Shown one piece after another: positions 1-9,495 of a DNA stretch of 64,000 bases. The DNA is from a virus. Lineage: Duplodnaviria > Heunggongvirae > Uroviricota > Caudoviricetes. A program made the position numbers and the translations under genes. The notes beneath the pieces were generated by a model. That model made no database searches. It was not told the DNA's origin and worked only from the letters and a program-made list of their open reading frames with translations. Numbering within the stretch: position 1 is the stretch's first letter; the number at the start of each line of letters is the position of its first letter. The stretch covers positions 1 through 64,000 of the IMG/VR virus record IMGVR_UViG_3300028454_001165. One strand, 5' to 3'.

Positions 1-1506
1 ATGGCTGAGAACATCCGGCAGGGACAGGCTCCCGCCGAAGAAGAGAACGTAAACGATCTGATCCGGGTGCGGCGCGAGAAGCTGAAGGCGCTGCAGGACG
101 CGGGACAGGATCCCTTCACGATCCGCCGGTACGACGTGACCCACCATTCGAACGAGATCCGTGACGGGTTTGAGGAACTGGAGGGTAAGGACGTCGTGAT
201 CGCGGGGCGGCTTATGTCCAAGCGCATCATGGGCAAAGCGTCCTTCGCGCATGTGCAGGATCTGGGCGGCACCATTCAGGTCTACACCTCCCGGGACACC
301 CTCGGCGAGGAATCCTACGCGGAGTTCAAGAAGGACGACGTGGGCGACATCGTGGGCGTCAAAGGCGAAGTCTTCCGCACCAAGACCGGCGAGATTTCCG
401 TCCGGGCCTCCGAGTTTGTCCTCCTCTCGAAGTCCCTCCAGCCTCTGCCGGAGAAGTTCCACGGCCTGACCAACGTGGATCAGCGGTACCGTCAACGGTA
501 TGTGGATCTCATCACCAATCCGGATTCCCGCGACGTGTTCGTGAAGCGTTCGAAGATCATCCGCGCGATCCGGAATTTCCTCGACGGGCAGGGATTCCTC
601 GAGGTCGAGACGCCGATCCTCGTGACCAACGCGGGCGGCGCGGCGGCAAGACCGTTCGAGACCCATCACAACGCGCTGGACGAGGATTTCAAGCTCCGGA
701 TCTCCCTCGAGCTGTATCTTAAGCGGCTGATCGTCGGCGGACTCGAGCGGGTCTATGAGATCGGGCGCGTGTTCCGCAACGAGGGCATCGACACCCGCCA
801 CAACCCGGAATTCACGCTGATGGAGCTCTATCAGGCCTACACCGACTATCATGGCATGATGGATCTGACGGAGAACATGTACCGCACCGTTGCGAAGGAA
901 GTGCTCGGGACCACGACCATCACCTATAACGGCGTGGAGATGGATCTGAGCAAACCGTTCTCCCGGATCACGATGGTGGACGCCGTGAAGCAGTATTCCG
1001 GCGTGGACTGGAACGAGATCCATACATTGGAGGAAGCCCGGGCAGCAGCGAAGGAACACAAGGTGGAATTCGAGGAGAGGCACACGAAGGGCGATATCCT
1101 CAATCTCTTCTTCGAAACCTTCGTGGAAGAGCACCTGGTCCAGCCGACCTTCATCATGGATCATCCGGTGGAGATTTCCCCGCTGACCAAGCGCAAGCCG
1201 GAAAATCCGGACTATGTGGAGCGGTTCGAGTTCTTCATGAACGGCTGGGAAATGGCCAACGCCTATTCCGAGCTGAACGACCCCATCGACCAGAGGGCCC
1301 GTTTTGCCGCGCAAGACGCCATGGCCGCTCAGGGCGACGAAGAGGCCCAGCACACGGACGAGGACTTTCTCAACGCGATGGAGATCGGCATGCCTCCCAC
1401 AGGCGGGATCGGCTACGGCATCGACCGGATGTGCATGCTTCTGACGGACTCTGCCGCCATCCGCGACGTGCTTCTGTTCCCGACGATGAAGACTGTGAAG
1501 GAATAA
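1..1506 (+). CDS. lysS: lysine--tRNA ligase (class II LysRS)
   Basis: 501-aa ORF starting at position 1 with a plausible native N-terminus. N-terminal OB anticodon-binding-like region, class II aaRS catalytic core ([21 protein letters not shown] motifs). Terminator follows. Confidence 0.93.
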   Translation: MAENIRQGQAPAEEENVNDLIRVRREKLKALQDAGQDPFTIRRYDVTHHSNEIRDGFEELEGKDVVIAGRLMSKRIMGKASFAHVQDLGGTIQVYTSRDTLGEESYAEFKKDDVGDIVGVKGEVFRTKTGEISVRASEFVLLSKSLQPLPEKFHGLTNVDQRYRQRYVDLITNPDSRDVFVKRSKIIRAIRNFLDGQGFLEVETPILVTNAGGAAARPFETHHNALDEDFKLRISLELYLKRLIVGGLERVYEIGRVFRNEGIDTRHNPEFTLMELYQAYTDYHGMMDLTENMYRTVAKEVLGTTTITYNGVEMDLSKPFSRITMVDAVKQYSGVDWNEIHTLEEARAAAKEHKVEFEERHTKGDILNLFFETFVEEHLVQPTFIMDHPVEISPLTKRKPENPDYVERFEFFMNGWEMANAYSELNDPIDQRARFAAQDAMAAQGDEEAQHTDEDFLNAMEIGMPPTGGIGYGIDRMCMLLTDSAAIRDVLLFPTMKTVKE

Positions 1507-1617
1507 CCCCAATAAAGACAAGGGTTTTGAAGGGTGTATACGCACAAAAAGTATTGATTTACCAAAAAATTACCAAAAACAATGATGGCGCGTGGTAGAT
1601 ATGTTCGCGCAAAAAAG

Positions 1618-1648
1618 AGGGGCTTGTGAATAGTCCCCCTTTTTATTT
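1618..1648 (+). terminator. rho-independent terminator after lysS
   Basis: AGGGG...CCCCT stem (5-6 bp, 13-nt loop) followed by TTTTTATTT. Confidence 0.5.
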
Positions 1649-1671
1649 GCCTCAAATAACTAATTATTAGT

Positions 1672-1696
1672 CGCGTGAATTTCACCTTGTATAATG
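1672..1696 (+). promoter_or_regulatory. first copy of the conserved CGCG-N16-TAATG promoter-like motif
   Basis: cgcg tgaatttcaccttgta TAATGaaa. Same architecture as 13 other copies (see findings). Precedes the first phage-like small gene. Confidence 0.45.
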
Positions 1697-1724
1697 AAAC
1701 CGAATTTAATCGAGGTGAAAGGGC

Positions 1725-1931
1725 ATGACGAAATTTGAGGAAATCGGAGTCGACAGACAGTACGAGGCTCTCAACGCTTGGCAGGCAAAGAAGCAACTGG
1801 AACTCAGCTGCAAACTATGCTGTGAACGAGGATTGAGAATCATGTGCGACAGCTGTCAGATTCAGACGGCACACAATATCGTGATGGACATGAAATTCCC
1901 GAAAGATCGGAGAAGGGATGAGGAGGCGTGA
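1725..1931 (+). CDS. hypothetical small Cys-containing protein (68 aa)
   Basis: GAGGTGA RBS 8 nt upstream of ATG, preceded by the promoter-like motif. CxxC-like cysteines. Confidence 0.5.
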   Translation: MTKFEEIGVDRQYEALNAWQAKKQLELSCKLCCERGLRIMCDSCQIQTAHNIVMDMKFPKDRRRDEEA

Positions 1932-2128
1932 TTGCCTTCTTCTCTCTTTTTTTACGCGAAATTTGCATCGGCTATAATGAAAGGGCACTAGTGTATGTAT
2001 GGTAGCACGCCTCCTAAAACGGACGGGGGAAGGATGGGTTCAAATCCCATTGCCTTTTTCTTTTATTTTCTGCACGCGGGTGATGATAATCCGTGCTAAA
2101 ATGGCATCTGAAAGAAAGGGGGATTCAT

Positions 2129-2350
2129 GTGATTTGGTTCTATGTCTGTCTGACAATTGCAGTCAGCGGCTTTCTGGGATTTGCATTCGGCAAATTTGTT
2201 CAACGAGAGCGAGCAAAAGTCTATGGCACGTTGAACGTCGTCCATTGGTCTGGCAGAGGAGATGATCTCTTACTCCAGTTAGATCATGACACTTCTGACT
2301 TGAGCGACGGCCAATATATCACGCTATATGTAAAATGCACGCGGAGATAA
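2129..2350 (+). CDS. hypothetical small membrane protein (GTG start, 74 aa)
   Basis: AAGGGGG 6 nt upstream of GTG 2129. N-terminal hydrophobic helix. The 2093 GTG alternative lacks an RBS. Confidence 0.3.
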   Translation: MIWFYVCLTIAVSGFLGFAFGKFVQRERAKVYGTLNVVHWSGRGDDLLLQLDHDTSDLSDGQYITLYVKCTRR

Positions 2351-2392
2351 CATCTGATATAATGGACTCAATATACTGAAAGGGGTATACAG

Positions 2393-2890
2393 ATGGAGAA
2401 CGAGAAAAGCAATGCTGAACTGCTTGAGGAGGAACTGAAACGCCAGTTGGAAGAACTGAAGACGCTTCCCGTTGGATCGGAAGGATCGAAGGCCATCCTC
2501 GACGACATGCTGGACCTTTCCAAGGTCGCATCCGAATGGAAGAAACTGGAAATCGAAGCGGACAAAGCGAAAGCGGAGCTCGAACTTGCAGTCAGGAAGC
2601 ACGAAGACGAACGGGCACTTGAAGCGCAGAAAGCTGAGCGCGAACAGGCCAAGTTCGAAGCGGAGCGGAAGGCAAAAGAGAATGAGCATCGTGAAGCTTC
2701 AAAGCAGAGGTGGACCGCGGCAATTCTGCAGGGTGTAGGCTTTGGCGTCAGCATCGGTCTTGCGGCAATGAGCAGACGAGAGACACGCGAACTTCTGGGA
2801 ACCGTCCTGAAGTTTGAAGAATCTGGCAATTACGTCAGTTCCGCGGCAGGAAAGAGCTTACTTGGAAGCATCTTTAGAATCAGAAAATGA
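2393..2890 (+). CDS. hypothetical coiled-coil protein with C-terminal TM segment (165 aa)
   Basis: RBS GAAAGGGG. Glu/Lys-rich heptad-like region, then hydrophobic stretch ILQGVGFGVSIGLAAM. Confidence 0.55.
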   Translation: MENEKSNAELLEEELKRQLEELKTLPVGSEGSKAILDDMLDLSKVASEWKKLEIEADKAKAELELAVRKHEDERALEAQKAEREQAKFEAERKAKENEHREASKQRWTAAILQGVGFGVSIGLAAMSRRETRELLGTVLKFEESGNYVSSAAGKSLLGSIFRIRK

Positions 2891-3027
2891 GATCCCATGG
2901 GAGGGAGGTACACGCTGAGCAAGCGTTGCCTCTTTCTTTTTTTTTCTTCGCGTAGATTACACCCCTCTTAATGGAGAAAAGAGCTCTTTGCTCCGAAGCT
3001 ATTTTATAGTAAAGGAGAACAGAGATC

Positions 3028-3282
3028 ATGAGTGTTTTCAACGAAAAGAGGTGGCTCGCCTTTGAGACGGGCAAATTCATCTGCGCGAAATGCGGTGAAG
3101 AGATGATCTTCGAGGATGAGTGGGAAGAAAACCTCCTGTGCCCGAAATGCGGTTACAGAGTTACCGCTGAAAAATACGGGTTTGACAGTGAAGAAGAATA
3201 CGAGGCAGTCTATCCCATAATCGAGATCACCGATTTACCCGAACAGAAGGACTCTGAAAAAGAGTCACCGAAAACTGAATGA
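3028..3282 (+). CDS. zinc-ribbon protein (84 aa)
   Basis: RBS AAAGGAGAA. Two CxxC pairs (CAKCG...CPKCG). Acidic C-terminus. Confidence 0.6.
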   Translation: MSVFNEKRWLAFETGKFICAKCGEEMIFEDEWEENLLCPKCGYRVTAEKYGFDSEEEYEAVYPIIEITDLPEQKDSEKESPKTE

Positions 3283-3695
3283 TCAGAACGGAGGGAGGCC
3301 AGCGATGGTTTCCCTCTTTTCTTTTGTCTATCAAAATGAGGTATTATAGCATAGAGCCATATTTGTACAGGCAGGCATTCGGAGAGATCTACGCTTGTAA
3401 TCATCCGATTTATAACAGCTGCACCCTCTATCGGATCGGAGAAAAAGGACTGGCTGTGATTCAACAGCGGTTTGATAGTGAAACGAAGCAGACATATTGG
3501 GGAGAGATCGACGGCTGGATTGCGAACGCTCTTTATCTTGAGCCAAAATTCCACGCCTATCTTCGGAAGCGGGCGGGCAGACCCACAGAAGGCCTATATC
3601 CAACGGCAACTGTACGCCAGGCAATGTGGGCAGCAAGAATGAAGCCGCTCAGAAAGGAACGATGGGAAACCGTGTTTGACCGGCAGGATATTTAA
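3279..3695 (+). CDS. hypothetical protein (138 aa)
   Basis: ATGA start/stop overlap with upstream gene (translational coupling). No recognisable domain. Confidence 0.4.
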   Translation: MIRTEGGQRWFPSFLLSIKMRYYSIEPYLYRQAFGEIYACNHPIYNSCTLYRIGEKGLAVIQQRFDSETKQTYWGEIDGWIANALYLEPKFHAYLRKRAGRPTEGLYPTATVRQAMWAARMKPLRKERWETVFDRQDI

Positions 3696-3756
3696 CGCGG
3701 AATTTTCATAGGGTATAATGGGAAAACTATTTTCTCAAAAGGAAGGAGAGAGTAAT

Positions 3757-4110
3757 ATGAGTATAGACAAAGCGAAAGACTGGTGCCGAGAAAAAGCGGA
3801 CAAGGTCAAGAAGGAAGCGGATTACCAGATTTGGAGACTGGAGGAATGGGCGAAGAATAACCCGGAACAAGCGGCTACAATCGCTGCGACCGCAATCGGC
3901 GCTGTCGGTTTTATCACAAGAAAAGCGATCAAGGCAGGCCAACTGCGGAAGGAGATGAGGCTGAAGGATCGGTATATCTACGACCGTTCGCTCGGTAGCT
4001 ACTGGATGCTGAGACGCAAGCCGACGCAGACCGAAATGCTGAAGATCGAGCGCATGAGAAAAGCGGGGATGTCCTACGGAGATATTCTAACATCTTTGAG
4101 ATTACTGTGA
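3757..4110 (+). CDS. hypothetical protein (117 aa; alternative start 3718)
   Basis: AAGGAAGGAGAG RBS 6 nt upstream of ATG 3757. Promoter-like motif at 3696-3720. Confidence 0.5.
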   Translation: MSIDKAKDWCREKADKVKKEADYQIWRLEEWAKNNPEQAATIAATAIGAVGFITRKAIKAGQLRKEMRLKDRYIYDRSLGSYWMLRRKPTQTEMLKIERMRKAGMSYGDILTSLRLL

Positions 4111-4209
4111 CCCAGAAGAGAGAGAGAGAACCGAACAGGTTCTTTTCTCTTTTGCCGCGAAGATTGCATGGCTCTTAATGGAATAACGACAGTTTCAGGA
4201 GGTATGAGA

Positions 4210-4287
4210 ATGAGCTTTGAGGCAATCCTCATCGTAATTCTGGTAGCCTATTTGCTGATGCGGATTGACCGCCGAAACAATAAGTGA
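4210..4287 (+). CDS. putative 25-aa hydrophobic micropeptide
   Basis: AGGAGG RBS 7 nt upstream of ATG 4210. Sequence MSFEAILIVILVAYLLMRIDRRNNK. Promoter-like motif upstream, hairpin downstream. Confidence 0.3.
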   Translation: MSFEAILIVILVAYLLMRIDRRNNK

Positions 4288-4363
4288 GACCGGGGGATGA
4301 GCACCATGAACAGGTGCTTTTCCTTTTTTTTTTATATTCAATTTGAAAGGAGGTTGCAGGCAT

Positions 4364-4480
4364 ATGGATAACAAGACAATTCAGATTTCGGACGAATCTG
4401 TTAGTATGATTTGCGCTACAATAATGGTTTGTATAATTATGTTATTCATGTACAAATGCGCCAAATCAGCTTGTGAATGA
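4364..4480 (+). CDS. small membrane protein (38 aa)
   Basis: AAAGGAGG RBS 10 nt upstream. Hydrophobic core ICATIMVCIIMLFMY. Followed by a perfect hairpin (ATCAGCTTG...CAAGCTGAT) shared with the convergent - strand gene. Confidence 0.4.
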   Translation: MDNKTIQISDESVSMICATIMVCIIMLFMYKCAKSACE

Positions 4481-4762
4481 TTAGCAAGCTGATGTACATG
4501 GCACTTTCGTGGCCTTAATTATTGATGGAACACCAAAGCATACCATAAGTGTTACGCAAATTATTGCACATTTCCAGATTTCACCAGATTTGGCATGATC
4601 TGCTGCTTCCAGTTTCTGATCATCCGGAACATCGGCATAAATTTCACTGGATTTGCATAGTGCTGTCGCCGCGTCTGCCAATTTTGACAGTCCCTCGCCT
4701 ATGGATGGCTTGTTCAGTCTGGTCTGATTTTCAGGTTCTTGATTCGAATTATTCTTCGGCAT
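4481..4762 (-). CDS. hypothetical protein with C-terminal TM helix (93 aa), only - strand gene in the left arm
   Basis: GAGGTGA RBS 7 nt upstream of ATG on - strand. Convergent with the 4364 gene, sharing a bidirectional hairpin. Confidence 0.55.
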   Translation of the reverse strand: MPKNNSNQEPENQTRLNKPSIGEGLSKLADAATALCKSSEIYADVPDDQKLEAADHAKSGEIWKCAIICVTLMVCFGVPSIIKATKVPCTSAC

Positions 4763-4921
4763 GAAATCACCTCGTATGATATTTGGATTTGCCTATCGGC
4801 GGAGGCATTATACCAAAACGGAGAAGAATTGTCAAGAGGATTCTAAAGGATTTGACGCGAAATCTACATCTATAATAATGGAAAACTCGCCAACAAAGAG
4901 TATCTATGAAAGGAAAAGGAT

Positions 4922-5170
4922 ATGGACGAATTGAGAGTGTCAAGTAAATTGATGAATCATTTGATGTCTAAGTTCATCCGTCACAAGATCAGGAAACACT
5001 GCGGGCAGACAATAAACGTTGTGTTTAACCAGATTGTTGCGACGATCAAGGACGGAGACAAAGTCAAGATTCACTTGGAACTGGATGCGGATATGAATAC
5101 GGCCGACTTCGAGAAAATGATCACGAAGGCTCTTGGCCTTGGCGGAGATAAGGAGAACGAGGAGGCATAA
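4922..5170 (+). CDS. hypothetical protein (82 aa)
   Basis: RBS GGAAAAGGA. Promoter-like motif at 4856-4880 with an overlapping 18-codon uORF. Confidence 0.5.
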   Translation: MDELRVSSKLMNHLMSKFIRHKIRKHCGQTINVVFNQIVATIKDGDKVKIHLELDADMNTADFEKMITKALGLGGDKENEEA

Positions 5171-5278
5171 CAGCCCCTCTTCTCTTCTGCCTGATAAAAG
5201 TTTATCATGGGGAAAGCGCGTCTCAAACGGAGGCGGACTGCTTTCCCTTTATTTTTTTGCTCAGAAAGGAGACACAAC

Positions 5279-6025
5279 ATGAGCAAAGCAAAAAATCTGA
5301 TCCGGAAGATCCTTCCGACGGTATTGACTGTCATAGGAGCCGGAGCAACTGTCGCAGCAACTGTGCTCGCGGCAAAAGAGGGGCCAAAATTTGAAAGGGC
5401 TCTTAAAGAAAAGGAGATGACGGCAAAGGAAAAGATTGTCGCGGGAGTGAAGATCTTTGCACCGGCGGCCGGATGCGCTGCGGTTTCAATTGCCTGTACT
5501 GTCGGCGCGCATTGCATGGATCTTCACACGCAGGCCTCTATTACGGGCGCATATATCGCCGTTCAGGAGGCTTATAAGAAGTACCGGGCCAAAAATGAGG
5601 AACTGAACGGTCCGGAAGCAGACCAGAAAATCCTCACAGAGATCATGACGGAAGAAGTCCCGGAAGAGATCCGCGAAAGGATTGGCAACGAACCAATGCT
5701 GAAATTCCATGATTCCGTCAGCGGTCAGGACTTTTACAGTACAATGGCGAATGTGATTCAGGCAGAATACAACGTCAACAAGATGATAACTACACTTGGA
5801 GCGTGCAAGGAGAATGACTGGCTTGAGTTTCTGGATATTGCAAAAGTAGCTGGCGGGGATGATCGCGGATGGTCATCTGATATGCTTTGCGACTTATACA
5901 GCGAATGGTGGCTTGACTTTGCGCATTATCCGTCAGTTGATCTGGATAACGAAGAGACTGTCATCATTGTGCCGGACGTAGATCCGTCAGATGGCTATTT
6001 GAGTAATTACGGCCTCGACTGCTGA
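5279..6025 (+). CDS. membrane protein, paralog family A (249 aa)
   Basis: AAAGGAGA RBS. N-terminal TM segment, Lys/Glu linker, second hydrophobic segment (AGCAAVSIACTVGAH). Architecture shared with the 7130 and 8565 genes. Confidence 0.6.
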   Translation: MSKAKNLIRKILPTVLTVIGAGATVAATVLAAKEGPKFERALKEKEMTAKEKIVAGVKIFAPAAGCAAVSIACTVGAHCMDLHTQASITGAYIAVQEAYKKYRAKNEELNGPEADQKILTEIMTEEVPEEIRERIGNEPMLKFHDSVSGQDFYSTMANVIQAEYNVNKMITTLGACKENDWLEFLDIAKVAGGDDRGWSSDMLCDLYSEWWLDFAHYPSVDLDNEETVIIVPDVDPSDGYLSNYGLDC

Positions 6026-6039
6026 AAGGAGAAATAGGC

Positions 6040-6459
6040 ATGGCGACGGTTATCAGTCCTGAGATCACGGAAAAGAGTCCTTGGTGGATCCCGAGGCAGA
6101 GATACTATGAGCTCAAGCATTTCTGCCTTCAGTATCCGGACTGGAAGATTCAGCTTCGGATGATTGACGGAATCCAGCACCAAGCAGAACTTACAAATAT
6201 GCCGAAAAACAGAAACAGTCTATGCGACACGACCGGAGAGATGGCTATCAACAGAGCACGCCTCTCCAAACGGATCGATATGGTTGAACGAGCGGCAAGA
6301 GAAGCGGATGCAGACCTTTGCGACTACATACTCAAAGGAATCACAGAAGGAGTCAGCTATCATCTTTTGCAGTTCAAGCTTGGAATGCCGTATAATCGCA
6401 ATGACTATTATGAGACGTATCGTAAGTTCTTCTATATTCTGGATAAATACCGCGATTGA
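6040..6459 (+). CDS. hypothetical protein (139 aa)
   Basis: RBS AAAGGAGAAATAGGC. No confident domain. Possible small regulator. Confidence 0.5.
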   Translation: MATVISPEITEKSPWWIPRQRYYELKHFCLQYPDWKIQLRMIDGIQHQAELTNMPKNRNSLCDTTGEMAINRARLSKRIDMVERAAREADADLCDYILKGITEGVSYHLLQFKLGMPYNRNDYYETYRKFFYILDKYRD

Positions 6460-6620
6460 TCTCTGATAGTAAACCGACCCGTGTCATAATTCAGCAAAGC
6501 ATATACAAACCCATTCTGAATCGGTTTCCGGCCTTGCTGAAGATGCGGGTCGGATATTTGATTCTGCAATATTTGACGCGAAATAATCATGCGGTTTAAT
6601 GAAAGGGAGGTGTTTTACCT

Positions 6621-6854
6621 ATGAAAGAATGCATCAAAGTTATCACGGATGGAGTGAAGAAGAATGCGAAGTGGCTTCTTCTCGGAATGACGGCGCTCGC
6701 AAGCCTTGCGATCAGTCGTTTCGAGGAGAAAGAACAGCAGGAGTATATCGACCATGCTGTGGCAGAGCGAATGAATGCGCTCATGGCAGGAGACAACCCT
6801 GACGAGGAAGAAGAATCCGAAGAGGACGAAGAAGATTCCGAGGAAGAATCCTGA
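6621..6854 (+). CDS. small TM protein with poly-acidic C-terminal tail (77 aa)
   Basis: RBS AAAGGGAGG. TM helix LLLGMTALASLAI. Tail DNPDEEEESEEDEEDSEEES. Confidence 0.55.
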   Translation: MKECIKVITDGVKKNAKWLLLGMTALASLAISRFEEKEQQEYIDHAVAERMNALMAGDNPDEEEESEEDEEDSEEES

Positions 6855-6860
6855 ATCGCC

Positions 6861-6886
6861 GAGCCTTAACGGGCTCTTCCTTTTTT
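6861..6886 (+). terminator. terminator hairpin with TTAAC loop
   Basis: GAGCC-ttaacg-GGCTC followed by TTCCTTTTTT. Confidence 0.5.
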
Positions 6887-6911
6887 CATCCTCAGCCAAA
6901 GGAGGCAGCAT

Positions 6912-7103
6912 ATGAAACTTTACAGCTATGAAGGACCCATCATGGTCTTCGAGACATGTGTCGCCTCCAATTGGCGGGGCGTCACCTATGCGACATCGGA
7001 AGCAAGAGCCAGAAGCAATCTGACATATCAGGCGAAGAAGTTTCTTGGCAAGCTTCCGTCTTCAAGAGTTACGCTGCCCGGCAGGATCCAGCTTGTCGGG
7101 TAA
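6912..7103 (+). CDS. hypothetical protein (63 aa)
   Basis: RBS CAAAGGAGG 7 nt upstream. Confidence 0.5.
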   Translation: MKLYSYEGPIMVFETCVASNWRGVTYATSEARARSNLTYQAKKFLGKLPSSRVTLPGRIQLVG

Positions 7104-7129
7104 TAGATATTTGAAAGGAGAAACAGATC

Positions 7130-7945
7130 ATGAGTAAAACAGAAAGATTTGTTGAAGCAATGGCAAGAGGCCTGAAAAAGAGCTGGCCCAAGATTGCTGT
7201 TATCGCAGGAGGGGCTTTGCTGGCGATCGGCGGGTATAAAGCCGGGCTTGAGGTCCCTCGGTATGAGAAAGAGATCAGGGAAAAGGAGAAGGCATCCGAA
7301 GAGAAACTGAAAAAGACGGAAAAAGCGAAGATTGCCGCAAAGCATTTTGTCACTCCCGTGTGCATGGCAGCAGCAGGCGGAATGCTTCTCGTGGCCTCTA
7401 TCTGCGAGAACGACAGGCGTACAGCGATTGGCAGCACGGCGGTGGCAGCTCTTGAAGCGACATCTAAAACCTTTGCCGATTATAAGGAAGCGACGAAGGA
7501 GGTCGCCGGGGAAGAGACGGAAAAAGAAATCCGGAAGAAAGTCAAGGAAAAGCGTCTGGAGAATACGCCTTCCGTACAGGACCCACCGTTCGATAAGGTC
7601 CCTCCGAGTATGCAGGATATGTACTGGTGCTATGACCTGGCATTTGGGGGCGAGCCTTTTCTGACAACAAAGTACAAGCTGGAAAAAGCTGAAAATGAAA
7701 TCCAGAAACAGGTCCTGACCGGAGAAGAAGTCACGCTCAATGAAGCCTATTATATTCTCGGGATGAATCCGGTGAAAATGGGAGAGTCATACGGTTGGAA
7801 ATATGACCCGGAGCATCCGTCAAGCGGCACTGTGGATCTTGATATTTCTACAACGGAAAAGAACGGTGTGCCCGTGTTCTCGATTCTTCCCAATGCAAAT
7901 CTGATTGGCAAAGGCTTTTATGAAATTTCGAACTACGGTTTCTGA
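7130..7945 (+). CDS. membrane protein, paralog family A (271 aa)
   Basis: RBS GAAAGGAGAA. Same N-terminal TM / Lys-Glu linker / second hydrophobic segment as 5279 and 8565. C-terminal ESYGWKYDP motif. Confidence 0.6.
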   Translation: MSKTERFVEAMARGLKKSWPKIAVIAGGALLAIGGYKAGLEVPRYEKEIREKEKASEEKLKKTEKAKIAAKHFVTPVCMAAAGGMLLVASICENDRRTAIGSTAVAALEATSKTFADYKEATKEVAGEETEKEIRKKVKEKRLENTPSVQDPPFDKVPPSMQDMYWCYDLAFGGEPFLTTKYKLEKAENEIQKQVLTGEEVTLNEAYYILGMNPVKMGESYGWKYDPEHPSSGTVDLDISTTEKNGVPVFSILPNANLIGKGFYEISNYGF

Positions 7946-7955
7946 GGAGGATGGC

Positions 7956-8549
7956 ATGAGCGAAGATTACGAAAACAAATCCATAGTGTCCAAAGACGAC
8001 GGCGGGGCGGAGCAACATGCCGAGCCCCCCATCGAAAGTCAGATTGTCCGAAAGAAGGGCATCACAAAGAAGATCGCAAGCTTTCTGATGTCCGAAGATT
8101 ATAACATCATCTTCAAGAACATCTATCAGACAATCATCGAGCCCGCGATCAAGAAACTTGCAGTCGACGCATTCAGGGCGTTTGTCTACCGGGGTGGATC
8201 AAAGAGCGGCGGATATGACGAATACACGGACTATCAGTCCTATCATGACGGCGGTTCTTCCGTTCGGGGAAGCGAAATGCGTCCCAAACAGGATTTCGGG
8301 GAGATCCAGTTCCGATCCAGAGAAGCGGCAGAACGAGTACTCGACATCATGCGAAACAAACTGCGAAAGGATAAGCTGGTCTATGTCGCCGACTACTACA
8401 AGATCTCCGGGCAAGTACCGCAGCATACCTACTATGAGTATGGATGGACAAATCTGAATGCAGCCTACATTTATCATTACAGCGTCAAGGGAGAACGGTT
8501 CTGGAGTATTCATCTGCCGGAACCAATGTACGTTGACAGAATCAATTGA
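7956..8549 (+). CDS. hypothetical protein sharing the C-terminal YEYGW motif (198 aa)
   Basis: GAGGAGG RBS 5 nt upstream of ATG 7956. YYEYGWTNLN resembles the YGW motif of the 7130 and 8565 products. Confidence 0.5.
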   Translation: MSEDYENKSIVSKDDGGAEQHAEPPIESQIVRKKGITKKIASFLMSEDYNIIFKNIYQTIIEPAIKKLAVDAFRAFVYRGGSKSGGYDEYTDYQSYHDGGSSVRGSEMRPKQDFGEIQFRSREAAERVLDIMRNKLRKDKLVYVADYYKISGQVPQHTYYEYGWTNLNAAYIYHYSVKGERFWSIHLPEPMYVDRIN

Positions 8550-8564
8550 GAAAGGAGCTTCAAA

Positions 8565-9491
8565 ATGAATCTCAAAAACATCGGAAAAGGCATTGGCGAC
8601 TTCGGGAAGAAGATCGCTTTTTCCGCACGGAAACATTCCCCGGAACTCTTAACCGGAGGCGCGATCGCATTAGGAATCGGAACAGTCATCGCAACGTGGT
8701 TCGCGGCAAGAAAAACGGACAAAGCTCTCGAAGAGCCGAAGAAGATCATCAAAACGGCAAAAGAGATGCCCGTCAGCGAGTCCTATACGGAGGCAGACCG
8801 TAAGCATGACATCTGGCTCGGATATAAAAAAGGCGCCGTGCAGATCATAAAACTGTACGGACCGGTCACGCTTATGGGCGCGTCATCGATTGCCTGCATA
8901 CTCGGTTCTCACAGAATCCTGTCCAATCGCAACGCCGGTCTGATCGCGGCGAACAGTATCCTGTCGAAGGAATTCAGCGATTACCGGGATAAGGTGATCG
9001 AGAAGTATGGACGCGAGGAGGACTACAACCTGCGCTTCGCGGACAAAATGGAGACTGCCGAAGCAACTCTCAAAGAAGAAAACGGCGAAGAGAAAACGGT
9101 CACGGTTGAGAAGGCGAAGGAAGGGTATCAGCTCGACACGTTTTCGCGGTGTTTCGACGATACAAATCCGTGCTGGAAAAGGGATACACAGTACAATGCG
9201 ACGTTCCTCAAACAAATCATGTCGCAGATGACGGATAAGCTTCGGGCGGAACGCGTGCTTTGTCTGAACGAGGTGTATGATGCTCTCGGATTCGACAAAA
9301 CACAAGCTGGCTTTGAGTACGGATGGATCTGCAAGCCCGGTCAGGAGATGGAGGCATACGTGGACTTCGGAATCTATGACATGAACAAAGAAAGTGTCCG
9401 GGAATTCATCTACGGTCACAACAACAGTATCTGGCTGGACTTCAATTGCTCGAAGATCATCTGGGCTGAGACTCCGTTCAGGAAGGTGTGA
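8565..9491 (+). CDS. membrane protein, paralog family A (308 aa)
   Basis: RBS GAAAGGAGC. TM / linker / TM architecture. C-terminal FEYGWICKPG motif. Confidence 0.6.
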   Translation: MNLKNIGKGIGDFGKKIAFSARKHSPELLTGGAIALGIGTVIATWFAARKTDKALEEPKKIIKTAKEMPVSESYTEADRKHDIWLGYKKGAVQIIKLYGPVTLMGASSIACILGSHRILSNRNAGLIAANSILSKEFSDYRDKVIEKYGREEDYNLRFADKMETAEATLKEENGEEKTVTVEKAKEGYQLDTFSRCFDDTNPCWKRDTQYNATFLKQIMSQMTDKLRAERVLCLNEVYDALGFDKTQAGFEYGWICKPGQEMEAYVDFGIYDMNKESVREFIYGHNNSIWLDFNCSKIIWAETPFRKV

Positions 9492-9495
9492 TACC

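Noticed and set aside
1981-2057. Possible tRNA gene
   Set aside because: Only the T-arm and acceptor stem are canonical. No acceptable D-arm or anticodon stem could be drawn by hand. Kept only as a tRNA-derived fragment in the boundary finding.
6040-6459. ArpU/RinA-type late transcription regulator assignment for the 139-aa protein
   Set aside because: Only vague similarity in size and charge pattern. No alignable conserved block. Left as hypothetical.
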